Below are positions 30,117-42,007 of a stretch of DNA of 46,014 nt, one piece after another (the stretch's first letter is position 1; each line of letters begins with the position of its first letter). Origin of the DNA: Gammaproteobacteria bacterium (GTDB lineage: Bacteria > Pseudomonadota > Gammaproteobacteria > Enterobacterales > GCA-002770795); contig RFGJ01000527.1 of the NCBI GenBank assembly GCA_003696665.1, positions 1-46,014 of the forward strand, written 5' to 3'. The notes below the pieces were generated by a model that searched no databases, had not been told where the DNA came from, and worked only from the letters and a program-made list of their open reading frames with translations. The position numbers and the translations under genes are program-made.

Positions 30117-30297
30117 CGTGTCGACATGATTGTTGGTAATGCGACGATTATGCCGAATCCTTTTGACGGGTGAAAGTAGAAACCCAACAGCACGCCAGAG
30201 GTAAGGCCAGTCTATTGCAGATATTTGCCTTGTGATAACTGGCGAAGGTCGGTATCTTATTGCCCATAATTTTCGCGTTGATATTGTGAAGAGATAA

Positions 30298-30969
<672 letters not shown>

Positions 30970-30984
30970 TGTTGCTGTTGAAAT

Positions 30985-31014
30985 AAAAAGGCGACCAAGC
31001 GGTCGCCTTTTTTT
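30985..31014. terminator. bidirectional rho-independent terminator between adk and the ETF-QO gene
   Basis: A5, then stem GGCGACC, loop AAGC, stem GGTCGCC, then T7. The T-tract overlaps the ETF-QO stop codon (31013-31015). Confidence 0.72.
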
Positions 31015-32665
31015 ACATGTTCGGATATACCGGCCCACCGCCACCTTCGGGGGCTGTCCACTCGATATTCTGCGACGGGTCCTTGATGTCACAAGTTTTA
31101 CAGTGAACACAATTTTGGAAATTGATCTGAAATTTACGACTTCCCGCATCGTCCTCAACCACTTCATAAACAGCGGCTGGGCAATAGCGTTGTGCAGGTT
31201 CATCGTATTCGGGTAGGTTCACCTTAATGGGGATGTCCGGATCCTTCAATTTTAGGTGACAGGGTTGATCTTCTTCGTGATTGGTGTTCGACAAATAGAC
31301 GGATGACAGTCTATCAAACGTCAACTTGTTATCGGGTTTGGGATAATCAATGGGCTTCGCTTGCGAGGCTTTTTTCAGCATCGCGTGGTCGGGCGTGCGT
31401 GCATGCAACGTGAAGGGCAGCCTGCCACGGAATACGATTTGGTCAAGTCCTGTGAACAAGATGCCGCCCAAAGTGCCGAACTTATGAAACGCCGGGTAGA
31501 CGTTTCGCGCTCGATAGAGCTCCTCATATGCCCAAGACTCGCGAAAGGCTGCCTCGTACTGTGTCAGTTCAATCGGTGCATCCTCCGGCTTATCCGATAA
31601 TAACACGTCAGCCATGGCGTCGGCGGCCACCATGCCCGATTTCATGGCCGTGTGCGTCCCTTTTATTTTAGGGAGATTCAAGGTGCCCGCTTCACAACCG
31701 ACCAACATGCCGCCTGGAAAGGTGAGTTTGGGTAACGATTGCCAGCCACCTTCGTTCAAGGCTCTGGCGCCATAGGCAATTCTTCTTCCACCTTCCAAAT
31801 AGCGGCGAATGGCTGGGTGCGTTTTGAAACGTTGGAATTCTTCGAATGGCGATAAATACGGATTTTGGTAGCTCAAGCCCACCACGAACCCAACGGCGAC
31901 TTGTCGGTTGTCTAGGTGATACATGAATGATCCGCCGTAAGTGTGGTTATCCAATGGCCATCCAGCGGTATGGAGCACAAGACCCTCTTCGTGGACCTCT
32001 TCAGGCACTTCCCATAATTCCTTGATCCCGATGCCGTAGTGCTGAGGGTCTCGTCCTTCGTTAAGCGCGAACTTTTGAATTAACTGCTTACCGAGATGAC
32101 CGCGACACCCTTCAGCGAACACAGTGTAGCGAGCGCGCAGTTCAAAGCCTGGCTGATAGTTGGCTTTAGGTTGGCCGTTTTTGTCGACGCCCATGTCTCC
32201 TGTGGCCACGCCGACGACACGATCACCCTCGTAGAGAATTTCGTTGGCGGCAAAGCCCGGGAAAATATTGACGCCCATGGCTTCGGCCTGCTCCGCTAGC
32301 CAACGACAAATGTTGGCGAGAGAAACGATGTAATTGCCATGGTTTTTCTGCGCTGGGATGAGCAAGGCATTTGGCCATTGTATGGATTTTTCCTTTCCTA
32401 GTAGGAGGAATTTCTCCTTGCGTACCGGTACGTTGATGGGGGCTCCGAGCGAGGACCAATCCGGCAGAAGCTCGTCGAGTGCGCGGGTCTCGAGGACAGC
32501 ACCCGAGAGAATATGAGCGCCGACTTCGGCGCCTTTTTCGATGACACAAATATTCAACTCGCGCCCAGCGGCTTGCGCACGTTGCGCCAAACGAATGGCT
32601 GTGGCTAATCCTGCAGGACCAGCGCCGACGATAACGACATCGAAATCCATGGATTCTCGTGACAC
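31013..32665 (-). CDS. electron transfer flavoprotein-ubiquinone oxidoreductase
   Basis: 550 aa with an FAD-binding N-terminus DVVIVGAGPAGL. The C-terminus has a 4Fe-4S ferredoxin-like motif (C..C..C...CP context CVHCKTCDIKDP). It uses a GTG start with an AAGGAG SD 6 nt upstream, and it is divergent from etfBA. Confidence 0.92.
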   Translation of the reverse strand: MSRESMDFDVVIVGAGPAGLATAIRLAQRAQAAGRELNICVIEKGAEVGAHILSGAVLETRALDELLPDWSSLGAPINVPVRKEKFLLLGKEKSIQWPNALLIPAQKNHGNYIVSLANICRWLAEQAEAMGVNIFPGFAANEILYEGDRVVGVATGDMGVDKNGQPKANYQPGFELRARYTVFAEGCRGHLGKQLIQKFALNEGRDPQHYGIGIKELWEVPEEVHEEGLVLHTAGWPLDNHTYGGSFMYHLDNRQVAVGFVVGLSYQNPYLSPFEEFQRFKTHPAIRRYLEGGRRIAYGARALNEGGWQSLPKLTFPGGMLVGCEAGTLNLPKIKGTHTAMKSGMVAADAMADVLLSDKPEDAPIELTQYEAAFRESWAYEELYRARNVYPAFHKFGTLGGILFTGLDQIVFRGRLPFTLHARTPDHAMLKKASQAKPIDYPKPDNKLTFDRLSSVYLSNTNHEEDQPCHLKLKDPDIPIKVNLPEYDEPAQRYCPAAVYEVVEDDAGSRKFQINFQNCVHCKTCDIKDPSQNIEWTAPEGGGGPVYPNM

Positions 32666-32835
32666 AGGCGACTCCTTGACATGGTTTTTCGGTTGAGTAT
32701 TTGAAGGCAGATTGTATCATTTGTGGCGAATTTTTCTTGGATTTGTTGATCTCTTGCACAACTGCGGGCATGATCTGGCGCAATTTGCTATGCCAACATG
32801 TTTCTAGTTGAACTAAATAGTGAGGCAGATAACGC

Positions 32836-33585
32836 ATGAAGATACTGGTCGCGATCAAGCGTGTCGTGGACGCGAACGTCAAGGTACGGGTGAAGGCAGA
32901 TGGCAGTGGTGTCGATACCGCCAATGTCAAAATGTCGATGAACCCGTTTTGTGAAATTGCTGTCGAAGAGGCAGTGCGACTGAAGGAAAAGGGTGTCGCA
33001 AACGAAGTGGTCGTGGTTTCCATTGGCCCTCAGGCAGCACAAGAGACATTACGGACGGCCCTTGCTTTGGGGGCGGATCGGGCCGTTCTCGTCCATACAG
33101 AAGAAACGCTTGACAGTTATCACGTGGCACAAGTGCTTGCAAAAATCGTTGAATCGGAAAAGCCGGATCTGGTGCTGCTGGGTAAGCAAGCCATTGATAG
33201 TGATAATAACCAGACAGGCCAGATGTTGGCGGCTTTGATGGACTGGCCGCAAGGGACTTTTGCGTCCAAGGTAGAAATCAACGATGGCAAATTGCTGGTG
33301 ACGCGTGAAATCGATGGTGGTCTGGAGACCCTAGAAATGTCGCTTCCGGCCGTCGTCACGACCGATTTGCGACTCAATGAGCCTCGCTTTGCGTCGTTAC
33401 CGAACATTATGAAGGCAAAGCGTAAGCCACTGGATGTTATCGAGGCGGAATCATTGGGGGTTGATCTGACACCACATGTTGAGGTGTTGAAGGTAGAGCC
33501 CCCAGCCGAACGAAAAGCGGGAATCAAGGTGGCCTCAGTGGCAGAATTGGTGGATAAACTTAAAAACGAAGCGAAGGTGCTCTAA
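32836..33585 (+). CDS. etfB: electron transfer flavoprotein beta subunit
   Basis: 249 aa with [12 protein letters not shown] and the conserved ETF-beta fold motifs. Confidence 0.95.
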   Translation: MKILVAIKRVVDANVKVRVKADGSGVDTANVKMSMNPFCEIAVEEAVRLKEKGVANEVVVVSIGPQAAQETLRTALALGADRAVLVHTEETLDSYHVAQVLAKIVESEKPDLVLLGKQAIDSDNNQTGQMLAALMDWPQGTFASKVEINDGKLLVTREIDGGLETLEMSLPAVVTTDLRLNEPRFASLPNIMKAKRKPLDVIEAESLGVDLTPHVEVLKVEPPAERKAGIKVASVAELVDKLKNEAKVL

Positions 33586-34535
33586 TGAAAGCCTTGGTGA
33601 TAGCAGAACATGATGCCCAGCATATTCAACCAGCAACTTACAGTGTCATCACAGCTGCCAAACAGTTGGCACATTCGGTCGATGTCCTGTTTGCTACCGA
33701 CAGTGAGCAAAAGCCGTTGGCTCAAGAACTGGCCAAGGCACAAGGGATAAGTCGAGTTTTGGTGGCTGAACATGATGACTTTGCCCATCCGTTGGCTGAG
33801 CATCTAGCCGCACAAATTTTGTCTGTCGCTGGCGATTACGACTTTATCATGGCACCGGCGACCACCTTTGGTAAGAACGTCATGCCCCGCGTTGCTGCGA
33901 AATTGGGGGTGGCACAAATTTCGGACATCGTGGCAATTGAGTCTGCGGACACATTTAAGCGACCCATTTATGCTGGGAATGCCATCGCTACGGTGCGTTC
34001 AAAAGATGGGAAAAAGGTCATCACCGTACGAACCACCGCATTTGATGCGACTCCGGCAGAAGGCGGCACGGCAGAAGTCGTGGAGATCGAGGCTGTGCCA
34101 GCGCCCTCAAACGTGCGCTTCGTCTCACAAGAATTGACCCAGTCCGAGCGACCTGAACTGACAGCTGCTCGCATAGTGATTTCTGGTGGGCGTGGCATGG
34201 GAAGCGCCGAGAATTTTAAGATGCTCGAAGAAATTGCAGACATTCTCGGGGCAGCGGTTGGGGCGTCACGCGCTGCGGTCGATGCAGGTTTTGTGCCGAA
34301 CGACTATCAAGTTGGCCAAACCGGCAAAATTGTGGCACCAGATCTATACATTGCGGTTGGTATTTCTGGCGCGATTCAGCACTTGGCCGGCATGAAGGAC
34401 TCAAAAGTTATCGTTGCCATCAATAAAGACGAGGAAGCGCCAATCTTCCAAGTGGCGGATTATGGATTGGTGATGGATCTATTCAAAGCATTGCCAGAGC
34501 TGAAAGAGGCGCTTTTGGCGGCCAAGGGCAACTGA
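33585..34535 (+). CDS. etfA: electron transfer flavoprotein alpha subunit
   Basis: 316 aa with a C-terminal FAD-binding region ([27 protein letters not shown]). Its start overlaps the etfB stop by 1 nt (TAATG). Confidence 0.95.
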   Translation: MKALVIAEHDAQHIQPATYSVITAAKQLAHSVDVLFATDSEQKPLAQELAKAQGISRVLVAEHDDFAHPLAEHLAAQILSVAGDYDFIMAPATTFGKNVMPRVAAKLGVAQISDIVAIESADTFKRPIYAGNAIATVRSKDGKKVITVRTTAFDATPAEGGTAEVVEIEAVPAPSNVRFVSQELTQSERPELTAARIVISGGRGMGSAENFKMLEEIADILGAAVGASRAAVDAGFVPNDYQVGQTGKIVAPDLYIAVGISGAIQHLAGMKDSKVIVAINKDEEAPIFQVADYGLVMDLFKALPELKEALLAAKGN

Positions 34536-34571
34536 GATCAGGCGGGGTTCACCCGCCTGATCCACTTTTAT
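34536..34571 (+). terminator. rho-independent terminator after etfA
   Basis: A perfect 11-bp stem GATCAGGCGGG/CCCGCCTGATC with loop GTTCA starts immediately after the stop codon. A T-rich tract (CACTTTTATTT) follows. Confidence 0.65.
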
Positions 34572-34710
34572 TTGGCTTGGCTTCGTGCGTGTCCGGGAGT
34601 TGAATTCTTCGGGCGTCTATGCTCGAATGAAGCAAAGCTGTGGGGAGGGACGATCATCATAGGGTGAAGCGTCCGCCAAAAAATAAACAACGATAACTAG
34701 AGACATAAAC

Positions 34711-36132
34711 ATGGCTGCACGCGATCATTTTGATTCTCGTCTAGGCTTTATTCTCGCATCGGCAGGATCTGCTGTCGGACTCGGTAATATCTGGAAGTTT
34801 CCCTTTGAGGTCGGCGCCGGTGGTGGCGCTGCGTTCGTGATGGTCTATTTGGCGTGTTGTTTCCTGCTCGGCTTCCCAGTGATGACGGCTGAAATTGCCA
34901 TCGGCCGGCATACACAGAAAAATCCAATTGGTGCGTTTCGGGCGTTGGGGCATCCGCGGTGGGCTTCAGTGGGTTTTTTGGGTGTCCTTGCCGGATTTCT
35001 TATTTTAAGTTTCTACAATGTCGTTGCCGCTTGGGCATTTGGTTATTTTCTCGAGATGGCTATCGGCGATTTTGCCATTGGTGATCATTTTGGTGAATTC
35101 ACGGCGGATTGGGTGACTGTCGGTCTTTACGGTCTCATTTTTATGGGGGCTACGGCGTATGTAGTGGCAAAAGGTGTCTCACATGGCATCGAACGCGCTG
35201 CGAAGATTCTTATGCCCGCACTGTTGGTGATTGTGTTGATTTTGGTGGTCTATGCGTTGACATTGCCTCATGCAATGGAGGGTGTGAAATTTTATCTACA
35301 GCCTGATTTCTCAAAGGTCGATGCCCGCACCATTTTCAAAGCACTTGGCCAGGCGTTCTTCAGTTTGTCGCTTGGCATGGGGGCGCTTATCACCTATGGA
35401 TCATATGTTTCGAAGAAAACCAATATCGTATCTGCAGCGGCCACCATTACCATCGCGGATGTCACTGTGGCATTCCTTGCTGGCTTGATGATGTTCCCGT
35501 TTGTGGCCTATTTGACGGGCGGAGACATGAACAAGATGGCTGAAGTGGGCGGAGGGCCTGGCTTTATCTTTCAGACCTTGCCCACTATTTTTCAGCAAAT
35601 CGGGCCGATTCTAGGGCGTATCATTGGTGCCGTTTTTTTCTTGTTACTTTCTTTTGCCGCATTCACGTCGACAATTTCATTGCTTGAGGTGCCGACAGCT
35701 TATTTGGTGGATGAAAAGAAAATCGCAAGACCTGTGGCGACTTGGGCAGTCGCCATACTGATTTACCTCATCGGCATTCCCTCAATGCTCAGTTATGGCG
35801 CTGTGGAGACATTGAGTCAATTTATTCAATTGCCCGGCCAGACCGGTAAATTGCCGTTTTTAGACTTCATTGCCCTTGTCGCCAATGACACTTTTCTGCC
35901 ACTTGGGGGATTCTTGATTTCAGTGTTTACTGCTTATGTGTGGAGAAAACAACGTTTTAATGCGGAATTGGTGGGCAGCGATGCAGGGTTAAAAGACTCG
36001 TGGTTATTGAAATATGTTGACTTTGCTATCAGTTACGTCTGCCCTGTAGTGCTTGGTGTGATCGTTTTAGTCACCATTTCGACAAGCTTTTTTGGTTTCG
36101 ATTTGGCCAAACTGTTGTTTGGAGGCCAATGA
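34711..36132 (+). CDS. neurotransmitter:sodium symporter (NSS/SNF) family transporter
   Basis: 473 aa multi-pass membrane protein. The GFILASAGSAVGLGNIWKFPF motif is characteristic of the NSS Na1/substrate site in TM1. Confidence 0.9.
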   Translation: MAARDHFDSRLGFILASAGSAVGLGNIWKFPFEVGAGGGAAFVMVYLACCFLLGFPVMTAEIAIGRHTQKNPIGAFRALGHPRWASVGFLGVLAGFLILSFYNVVAAWAFGYFLEMAIGDFAIGDHFGEFTADWVTVGLYGLIFMGATAYVVAKGVSHGIERAAKILMPALLVIVLILVVYALTLPHAMEGVKFYLQPDFSKVDARTIFKALGQAFFSLSLGMGALITYGSYVSKKTNIVSAAATITIADVTVAFLAGLMMFPFVAYLTGGDMNKMAEVGGGPGFIFQTLPTIFQQIGPILGRIIGAVFFLLLSFAAFTSTISLLEVPTAYLVDEKKIARPVATWAVAILIYLIGIPSMLSYGAVETLSQFIQLPGQTGKLPFLDFIALVANDTFLPLGGFLISVFTAYVWRKQRFNAELVGSDAGLKDSWLLKYVDFAISYVCPVVLGVIVLVTISTSFFGFDLAKLLFGGQ

Positions 36133-37616
36133 TGATGGCTGGCGCTAGGCATGAACGCCGGGCTCCCAAACTTTGGGAGGCTTTTCTGCCAGTTGTTTGC
36201 TTAGTCGTCATGCTGTTTTTTTCAGTTCGCTTTTTTGGCGCCGATTCGTCCTATGGTGCCAACCAGATCGCCTTACTCATCGCTGCCGGAATAGCAAGTC
36301 TGCTTGGGCTGCGCCTCGGCTTTGACTGGAAGAGTATTGAAGCCGGGATTGTCAAAGGCATTAGCATGGCCTTGGCGGCGATACTGATTTTGCTTGCGGT
36401 GGGTGCGCTGATTGGCAGCTGGATTGCCGCGGGCATTGTCCCCACAATGATTTATTACGGTCTGGATCTGTTATCACCAAAGGTTTTCTATTTGGCAACG
36501 TGTCTGATTTGCGCCATTGTTTCCCTCGCGATTGGAAGTTCTTGGACCGTAGCGGGAACGGTTGGTGTGAGTTTAATGGGCGTTGCGGTCGGCATGGGGC
36601 TATCGCCTGAGATTACTGCAGGCGCTATCATTTCTGGGGCCTACTTTGGTGACAAGATGTCACCATTGTCAGACACCACAAACCTCGCACCGGCGGTGGC
36701 TGGTACCGACCTTTTTTCGCATATCCGGCATATGACGTGGACGACGGCGCCTTCTCTCATAATTGCCTTAGCGGCGTTTACAGTGTTGAGCCTGGGGGTC
36801 GATCACGGCGCCGCCGTAGAAAACATTAACCTGATTCAGGGGAGAATTGCCGATTTATTTGCACCGAGTTTATGGTTATTACTGCCGGTATTGCTTGTGC
36901 TTATTTTGGCGGCAGTCAAATTCCCAGCATTCCCGACAATCATGATTGGTGCGTTGGTCGGTGCGTTGTTTGCGCTTTTTTTCCAACCACCACGGCTCAT
37001 GCAATTGGCTGGCACAGAAGGTGTGGCGGGAGCAGTGAAGGGCGCATGGATGGCGTTGTTTTCCGGCTATGAAAGTCATACAGGACTTGAAGCCCTGGAC
37101 AAACTGTTGACGCGTGGTGGCATGAGCAGCATGTTGAACACCGTTTGGCTAATACTGACAGCATTGACTTTCGGTGCGGTCATGGAGACGGTTGGGATGT
37201 TGGGACGCATCGTTGATGCCATTCTTGGCGTGGTGCACAGTACGGCATCATTGATCATTGCGACCATTGCCACTTGTATCGGGATGAACGTGATTGCTGC
37301 CGATCAGTACATGGCCATCGTGATTCCGGGCCGTATGTACCGGCTTGAATTTGCACGGCGGAAGTTGGCCGAAAAGAATCTTTCACGTACGCTTGAGGAT
37401 AGCGGCACGCTCACTTCAGTGCTTATCCCATGGAATACCTGCGGGGCTTATATGGCCGGGACGCTTGGCATTGCGACGCTAAGTTATGCGCCGTATGCGA
37501 TTTTTAACTGGGTCAACCCGATTGTGGCTATTGTGTATGCGCTTTTGAATTTCAAAATTGTTCCTATCGAGGACTCAGAGCCCCGAGACGAAGCCACAGC
37601 GCACGAGGTTGCTTGA
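36129..37616 (+). CDS. nhaC: NhaC-family Na+/H+ antiporter or related transporter
   Basis: 495 aa polytopic membrane protein resembling the NhaC family (GSSW...G, YFGDKMSPLSDTTNL). Its ATG overlaps the NSS gene stop (ATGA). Confidence 0.85.
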   Translation: MMMAGARHERRAPKLWEAFLPVVCLVVMLFFSVRFFGADSSYGANQIALLIAAGIASLLGLRLGFDWKSIEAGIVKGISMALAAILILLAVGALIGSWIAAGIVPTMIYYGLDLLSPKVFYLATCLICAIVSLAIGSSWTVAGTVGVSLMGVAVGMGLSPEITAGAIISGAYFGDKMSPLSDTTNLAPAVAGTDLFSHIRHMTWTTAPSLIIALAAFTVLSLGVDHGAAVENINLIQGRIADLFAPSLWLLLPVLLVLILAAVKFPAFPTIMIGALVGALFALFFQPPRLMQLAGTEGVAGAVKGAWMALFSGYESHTGLEALDKLLTRGGMSSMLNTVWLILTALTFGAVMETVGMLGRIVDAILGVVHSTASLIIATIATCIGMNVIAADQYMAIVIPGRMYRLEFARRKLAEKNLSRTLEDSGTLTSVLIPWNTCGAYMAGTLGIATLSYAPYAIFNWVNPIVAIVYALLNFKIVPIEDSEPRDEATAHEVA

Positions 37617-37686
37617 CAGTTGGCCTTGGGTTGGTATGCTTGCGCTCAATTTCTTGGTTTTAGCACAGTAATGGGAGATATCGCGG

Positions 37687-39612
37687 ATGCCTGTCGTGAG
37701 ACTGCCCGACGGCAGTGAACGTCGGTACGAGAAGCCAATCACTGTTGCCGATGTCGCTGCTGATATTGGGCCGGGCCTAGCTCGGGCTGCGTTGGCCGGA
37801 CGGGTCAATGGTCGGCTTGTGGATACCAGTTATTTGATCGAAAACGATGTCGATTTGAGCATTATCACGGATCGCGATCCCGAAGGACTTGAAATTATTC
37901 GGCATTCAACAGCGCATCTGCTGGCGCAAGCCGTTCAGGACTTGTTCCCGGGCGCGCAAGTGACGATTGGGCCTGTCATTGAAAATGGGTTTTATTATGA
38001 CTTTGCTTATGAGCGACCGTTCACCGAGGAGGACCTGCGCCGCATTGAACAACGAATGGAAGAGCTCGCCAAAGCTGATTTGCCTGTGCAGCGCGAAGAA
38101 TGGGATCGTAACGAGGCGATAGCGTTTTTTGAAAAGTTGGGAGAAAAATACAAGGCTGAGATCATAAGAGAAATTCCAGAAGGCGAAATCATTTCGCTTT
38201 ATCGTCAGGGAAATTTCATCGATCTTTGTCGAGGCCCGCATGTTCCATCCACCGGCAAGCTCAAAGCCTTCAAACTGACAAAGGTGGCTGGTGCCTACTG
38301 GCGTGGCGATTCACGTAATGAAATGTTGCAAAGGATATACGGAACCGCGTGGCCAGATAAGAAATCCTTAAAAGCCTACTTGCGCCGACTTGAAGAAGCT
38401 GAAAAGCGTGATCACCGGCGGATTGGTAAAGCACTCGATTTGTTTCACACTCAGGAAGAAGCCCCTGGGATGGTCTTTTGGCACAATGATGGTTGGACCA
38501 TTTACACTGTTATTCAGGACTACATCCGGCAAGTGCTACGGGACCACGGGTATCAAGAGGTTCGCACGCCGGAGGTGGTCGACCGGTCTTTGTGGGAACG
38601 ATCTGGGCATTGGGACAAATTTAAAGAGCAGATGTTCACAACGGAAAGTGAAAACCGTCAGTACGCCATTAAACCAATGAATTGCCCATGCCATGTTCAG
38701 ATATTCAAACAAGGTTTGACTTCGTATCGCGATTTGCCAATTCGAATGGCTGAGTTCGGTTCTTGCCATCGCAATGAACCGTCCGGGGCACTTCATGGTT
38801 TGATGCGTGTGCGAAATTTTGTTCAAGATGATGCTCACATTTTCTGTACAGAGGATCAAATACAGCAGGAAGTGTCCAGCTTCATCGATTTGCTTTTTAA
38901 GGTATACCGTGATTTTGGCTTTGATGAAGTGATAATCAAGTTATCAACACGGCCGGAGCAACGGGTTGGATCGGACGAAGTGTGGGACAAAGCAGAGGCT
39001 GCGCTTGCCAGAGCCCTTGATGATAAGGGGCTGAAGTGGGAGGAGCTGCCAGGAGAAGGGGCCTTCTATGGCCCGAAAATTGAGTTTACCTTGCTCGACT
39101 GTATTGGACGGGCGTGGCAGTGCGGTACAATTCAAGTCGATTTCTCCATGCCGGGGCGGCTTGGTGCCGAGTATGTAGGAGAAGATGGTCAGAAGCATAC
39201 TCCGGTCATGTTGCATCGAGCGATTCTAGGTTCGCTTGAGCGCTTTATCGGAATTCTTATCGAAAACTATGCCGGTAAGATGCCGACGTGGTTGGCGCCA
39301 TGGCAAGCTGTTGTCTTGAACATTACAGATAAACAGGCCGAATATGTCGAGCGGGTAACAAAAAAGTTGCATGACAGTGGTTTTAGAGTGAAATCTGACT
39401 TGAGAAACGAGAAGATCGGCTTTAAAATCCGTGAGCACACATTGCGGCGTGTTCCTTACCTGCTCGTCGCAGGTGACAAAGAAGTGCAGGCACAGACGAT
39501 TTCCGTTCGCACTCGGGATGGAAAAGACATGGGGGCCATGTCTTTAGAGGCGTTTGTTGAACTGCTCAAGGCCGACATCGCCGCAAAAGGTAGAGAGCAA
39601 CAGGAGGACTAA
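37687..39612 (+). CDS. thrS: threonyl-tRNA synthetase
   Basis: 641 aa with an N-terminal TGS domain ([10 protein letters not shown]), the editing-domain HSTAH motif and a class II core. Confidence 0.97.
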   Translation: MPVVRLPDGSERRYEKPITVADVAADIGPGLARAALAGRVNGRLVDTSYLIENDVDLSIITDRDPEGLEIIRHSTAHLLAQAVQDLFPGAQVTIGPVIENGFYYDFAYERPFTEEDLRRIEQRMEELAKADLPVQREEWDRNEAIAFFEKLGEKYKAEIIREIPEGEIISLYRQGNFIDLCRGPHVPSTGKLKAFKLTKVAGAYWRGDSRNEMLQRIYGTAWPDKKSLKAYLRRLEEAEKRDHRRIGKALDLFHTQEEAPGMVFWHNDGWTIYTVIQDYIRQVLRDHGYQEVRTPEVVDRSLWERSGHWDKFKEQMFTTESENRQYAIKPMNCPCHVQIFKQGLTSYRDLPIRMAEFGSCHRNEPSGALHGLMRVRNFVQDDAHIFCTEDQIQQEVSSFIDLLFKVYRDFGFDEVIIKLSTRPEQRVGSDEVWDKAEAALARALDDKGLKWEELPGEGAFYGPKIEFTLLDCIGRAWQCGTIQVDFSMPGRLGAEYVGEDGQKHTPVMLHRAILGSLERFIGILIENYAGKMPTWLAPWQAVVLNITDKQAEYVERVTKKLHDSGFRVKSDLRNEKIGFKIREHTLRRVPYLLVAGDKEVQAQTISVRTRDGKDMGAMSLEAFVELLKADIAAKGREQQED

Positions 39613-39615
39613 ACC

Positions 39616-40155
39616 ATCAAAGCCGGATTTAGAAACGCTCGCAATATGCGCGAGCACCGTTTGAATGAGGAAATTAACGTGCCAGAAGTGCGCTTGATTG
39701 GCGCCGATGGCGAGCAGATTGGCATCGTCGATATTCAGACTGCGTTGGACAGGGCCGAGGAAGAGGGCCTCGACTTAGTTGAGATTAGTCCTCAGGCGCA
39801 ACCGCCAGTCTGCCGCCTGATGGACTATGGCAAGTTTCTGTTTGAACGCAATAAGCAAAAAGCGGCGGCGAAAAAGAAACAGAAACAAATACAAGTCAAG
39901 GAGATTAAATTTCGACCCAATACGGATATCGGCGATTACAACGTCAAATTAAGGAATATCAAACGGTTCCTTGAAGATGGGGATAAGGTGAAGGTGACGG
40001 TTCGTTTCCGCGGAAGGGAAATGGCCCACCAAGAACTCGGTAAGCAATTGCTTGAGCGTGTTCAAGCAGATTGCGAAGAACTCGGGACTGTCGAGGCTTT
40101 TCCAAAGATGGAAGGCCGCCAGATGATTATGGTCATCAGTCCCAAAAAGAAGTAG
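39616..40155 (+). CDS. infC: translation initiation factor IF-3 (non-AUG ATC start proposed)
   Basis: The body is unambiguous ([28 protein letters not shown]). Starting at ATC 39616 gives 179 aa, collinear with E. coli IF3 (180 aa, AUU start). A GGAGGA SD at 39604-39609 lies 6 nt upstream. The first ATG (39646) has no SD. Confidence 0.85.
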   Translation: MKAGFRNARNMREHRLNEEINVPEVRLIGADGEQIGIVDIQTALDRAEEEGLDLVEISPQAQPPVCRLMDYGKFLFERNKQKAAAKKKQKQIQVKEIKFRPNTDIGDYNVKLRNIKRFLEDGDKVKVTVRFRGREMAHQELGKQLLERVQADCEELGTVEAFPKMEGRQMIMVISPKKK

Positions 40156-40307
40156 CTCATGTTGATATGAGCGTCGCTGTCAACGGCAGCAAAGTAAGGC
40201 GCCGGGGGTTGGTGAAGTGCCGAAAGGCCACCTTCGGATTGTGCAACTGAGCCAGGCAATGAAACGGTCGCATCAAGCGACGGCCTGCCAGAAAAATGAG
40301 GTGAAAC
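40156..40307 (+). promoter_or_regulatory. structured infC-rpmI leader, possible L20 translational operator
   Basis: There are several hairpins: GCTCAT/ATGAGC at 40155-40172, a GAAA-tetraloop hairpin around 40214-40235, and nested CAGGC...GTCGC-ATCAA-GCGAC-GCCTG at about 40252-40288. The last one ends just before the rpmI SD. The functional assignment is inference only. Confidence 0.3.
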
Positions 40308-40502
40308 ATGCCAAAACTTAAGACTGATAGAGGCGCGGCTAAGCGCTTTCGCAAAACCGGATCAGGCGGTTATAAGCGCAAGCATTCATTCCGTCGTCAT
40401 ATATTGACCAAAAAAACCACCAAACGTAAGCGCCATTTGCGTGGCAATCCCATGGTGGCAGCAGCTGACGTGCCAGCCGTACGTCGTATGTTGGTCGATT
40501 AA
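40308..40502 (+). CDS. rpmI: 50S ribosomal protein L35
   Basis: 64 aa basic protein with the MPKLKT...AKRF N-terminus. A GAGGTG SD lies upstream. Confidence 0.95.
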   Translation: MPKLKTDRGAAKRFRKTGSGGYKRKHSFRRHILTKKTTKRKRHLRGNPMVAAADVPAVRRMLVD

Positions 40503-40522
40503 TTGAGACGGAGGATTGAATC

Positions 40523-40882
40523 ATGCCAAGAGTAAAACGTGGAGTCACTGCGCGTCGGCGGCACAAGAAGATTTTAAAGGCAGCGAAAGGTTATCGCGGT
40601 GCTCGTAGCCGGGTGTTCCGAGTTGCCAAGCAGGCGGTTATTAAGGCGGGTCAATACGCCTATCGTGATCGTCGTCAGCGCAAACGCCAATTTCGCCGTC
40701 TTTGGATCGCGCGTATCAACGCGGCAGCCCGTATGCACGGATTGTCATACAGCCGCTTTATCAATGGTCTGAAGAAAGCCTCTGTTGAGGTTGACCGTAA
40801 AATTCTTGCTGACATTGCGGTATTCGATCAGACAACCTTTGCAGCGTTGGTCGAGCAGGCGAAAGCGGGTTTGTCCAAGTAA
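40523..40882 (+). CDS. rplT: 50S ribosomal protein L20
   Basis: 119 aa with the [18 protein letters not shown]-terminus. Confidence 0.96.
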   Translation: MPRVKRGVTARRRHKKILKAAKGYRGARSRVFRVAKQAVIKAGQYAYRDRRQRKRQFRRLWIARINAAARMHGLSYSRFINGLKKASVEVDRKILADIAVFDQTTFAALVEQAKAGLSK

Positions 40883-41971
<1,089 letters not shown>

Positions 41972-42007
41972 GACGATCGAGACGAATCTAAAGCAGGACA
42001 AAGCACA

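Noticed and set aside
30148-30267. A 39-codon minus-strand uORF (MGNKIPTFASYHKANICNRLALPLACCWVSTFTRQKDSA) upstream of the tryptophanase-like gene, read as a possible TnaC-type leader.
   Set aside because: It has no SD before its ATG. It has a single Trp with no resemblance to the TnaC W-x3-D-x7-P spacing, and it does not end in Pro-stop. The same DNA must also hold the divergent adk promoter. A conservation check in relatives would be needed before taking it seriously.
32776-32789. A sigma-54-like TGGCGC...TTGCT element in the ETF-QO/etfB divergent region.
   Set aside because: The GG and GC dinucleotides are 10 nt apart, not the 12 nt required by the -24/-12 consensus.
32223-33023. A 266-aa ORF on the minus strand spanning the ETF-QO 5' end, the divergent intergenic region and the etfB start.
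   Set aside because: It overlaps ETF-QO on the same strand in a different frame and runs antisense into etfB. Its Arg/Ser/Thr-rich composition is typical of an off-frame translation, and it would leave no room for the divergent promoters.
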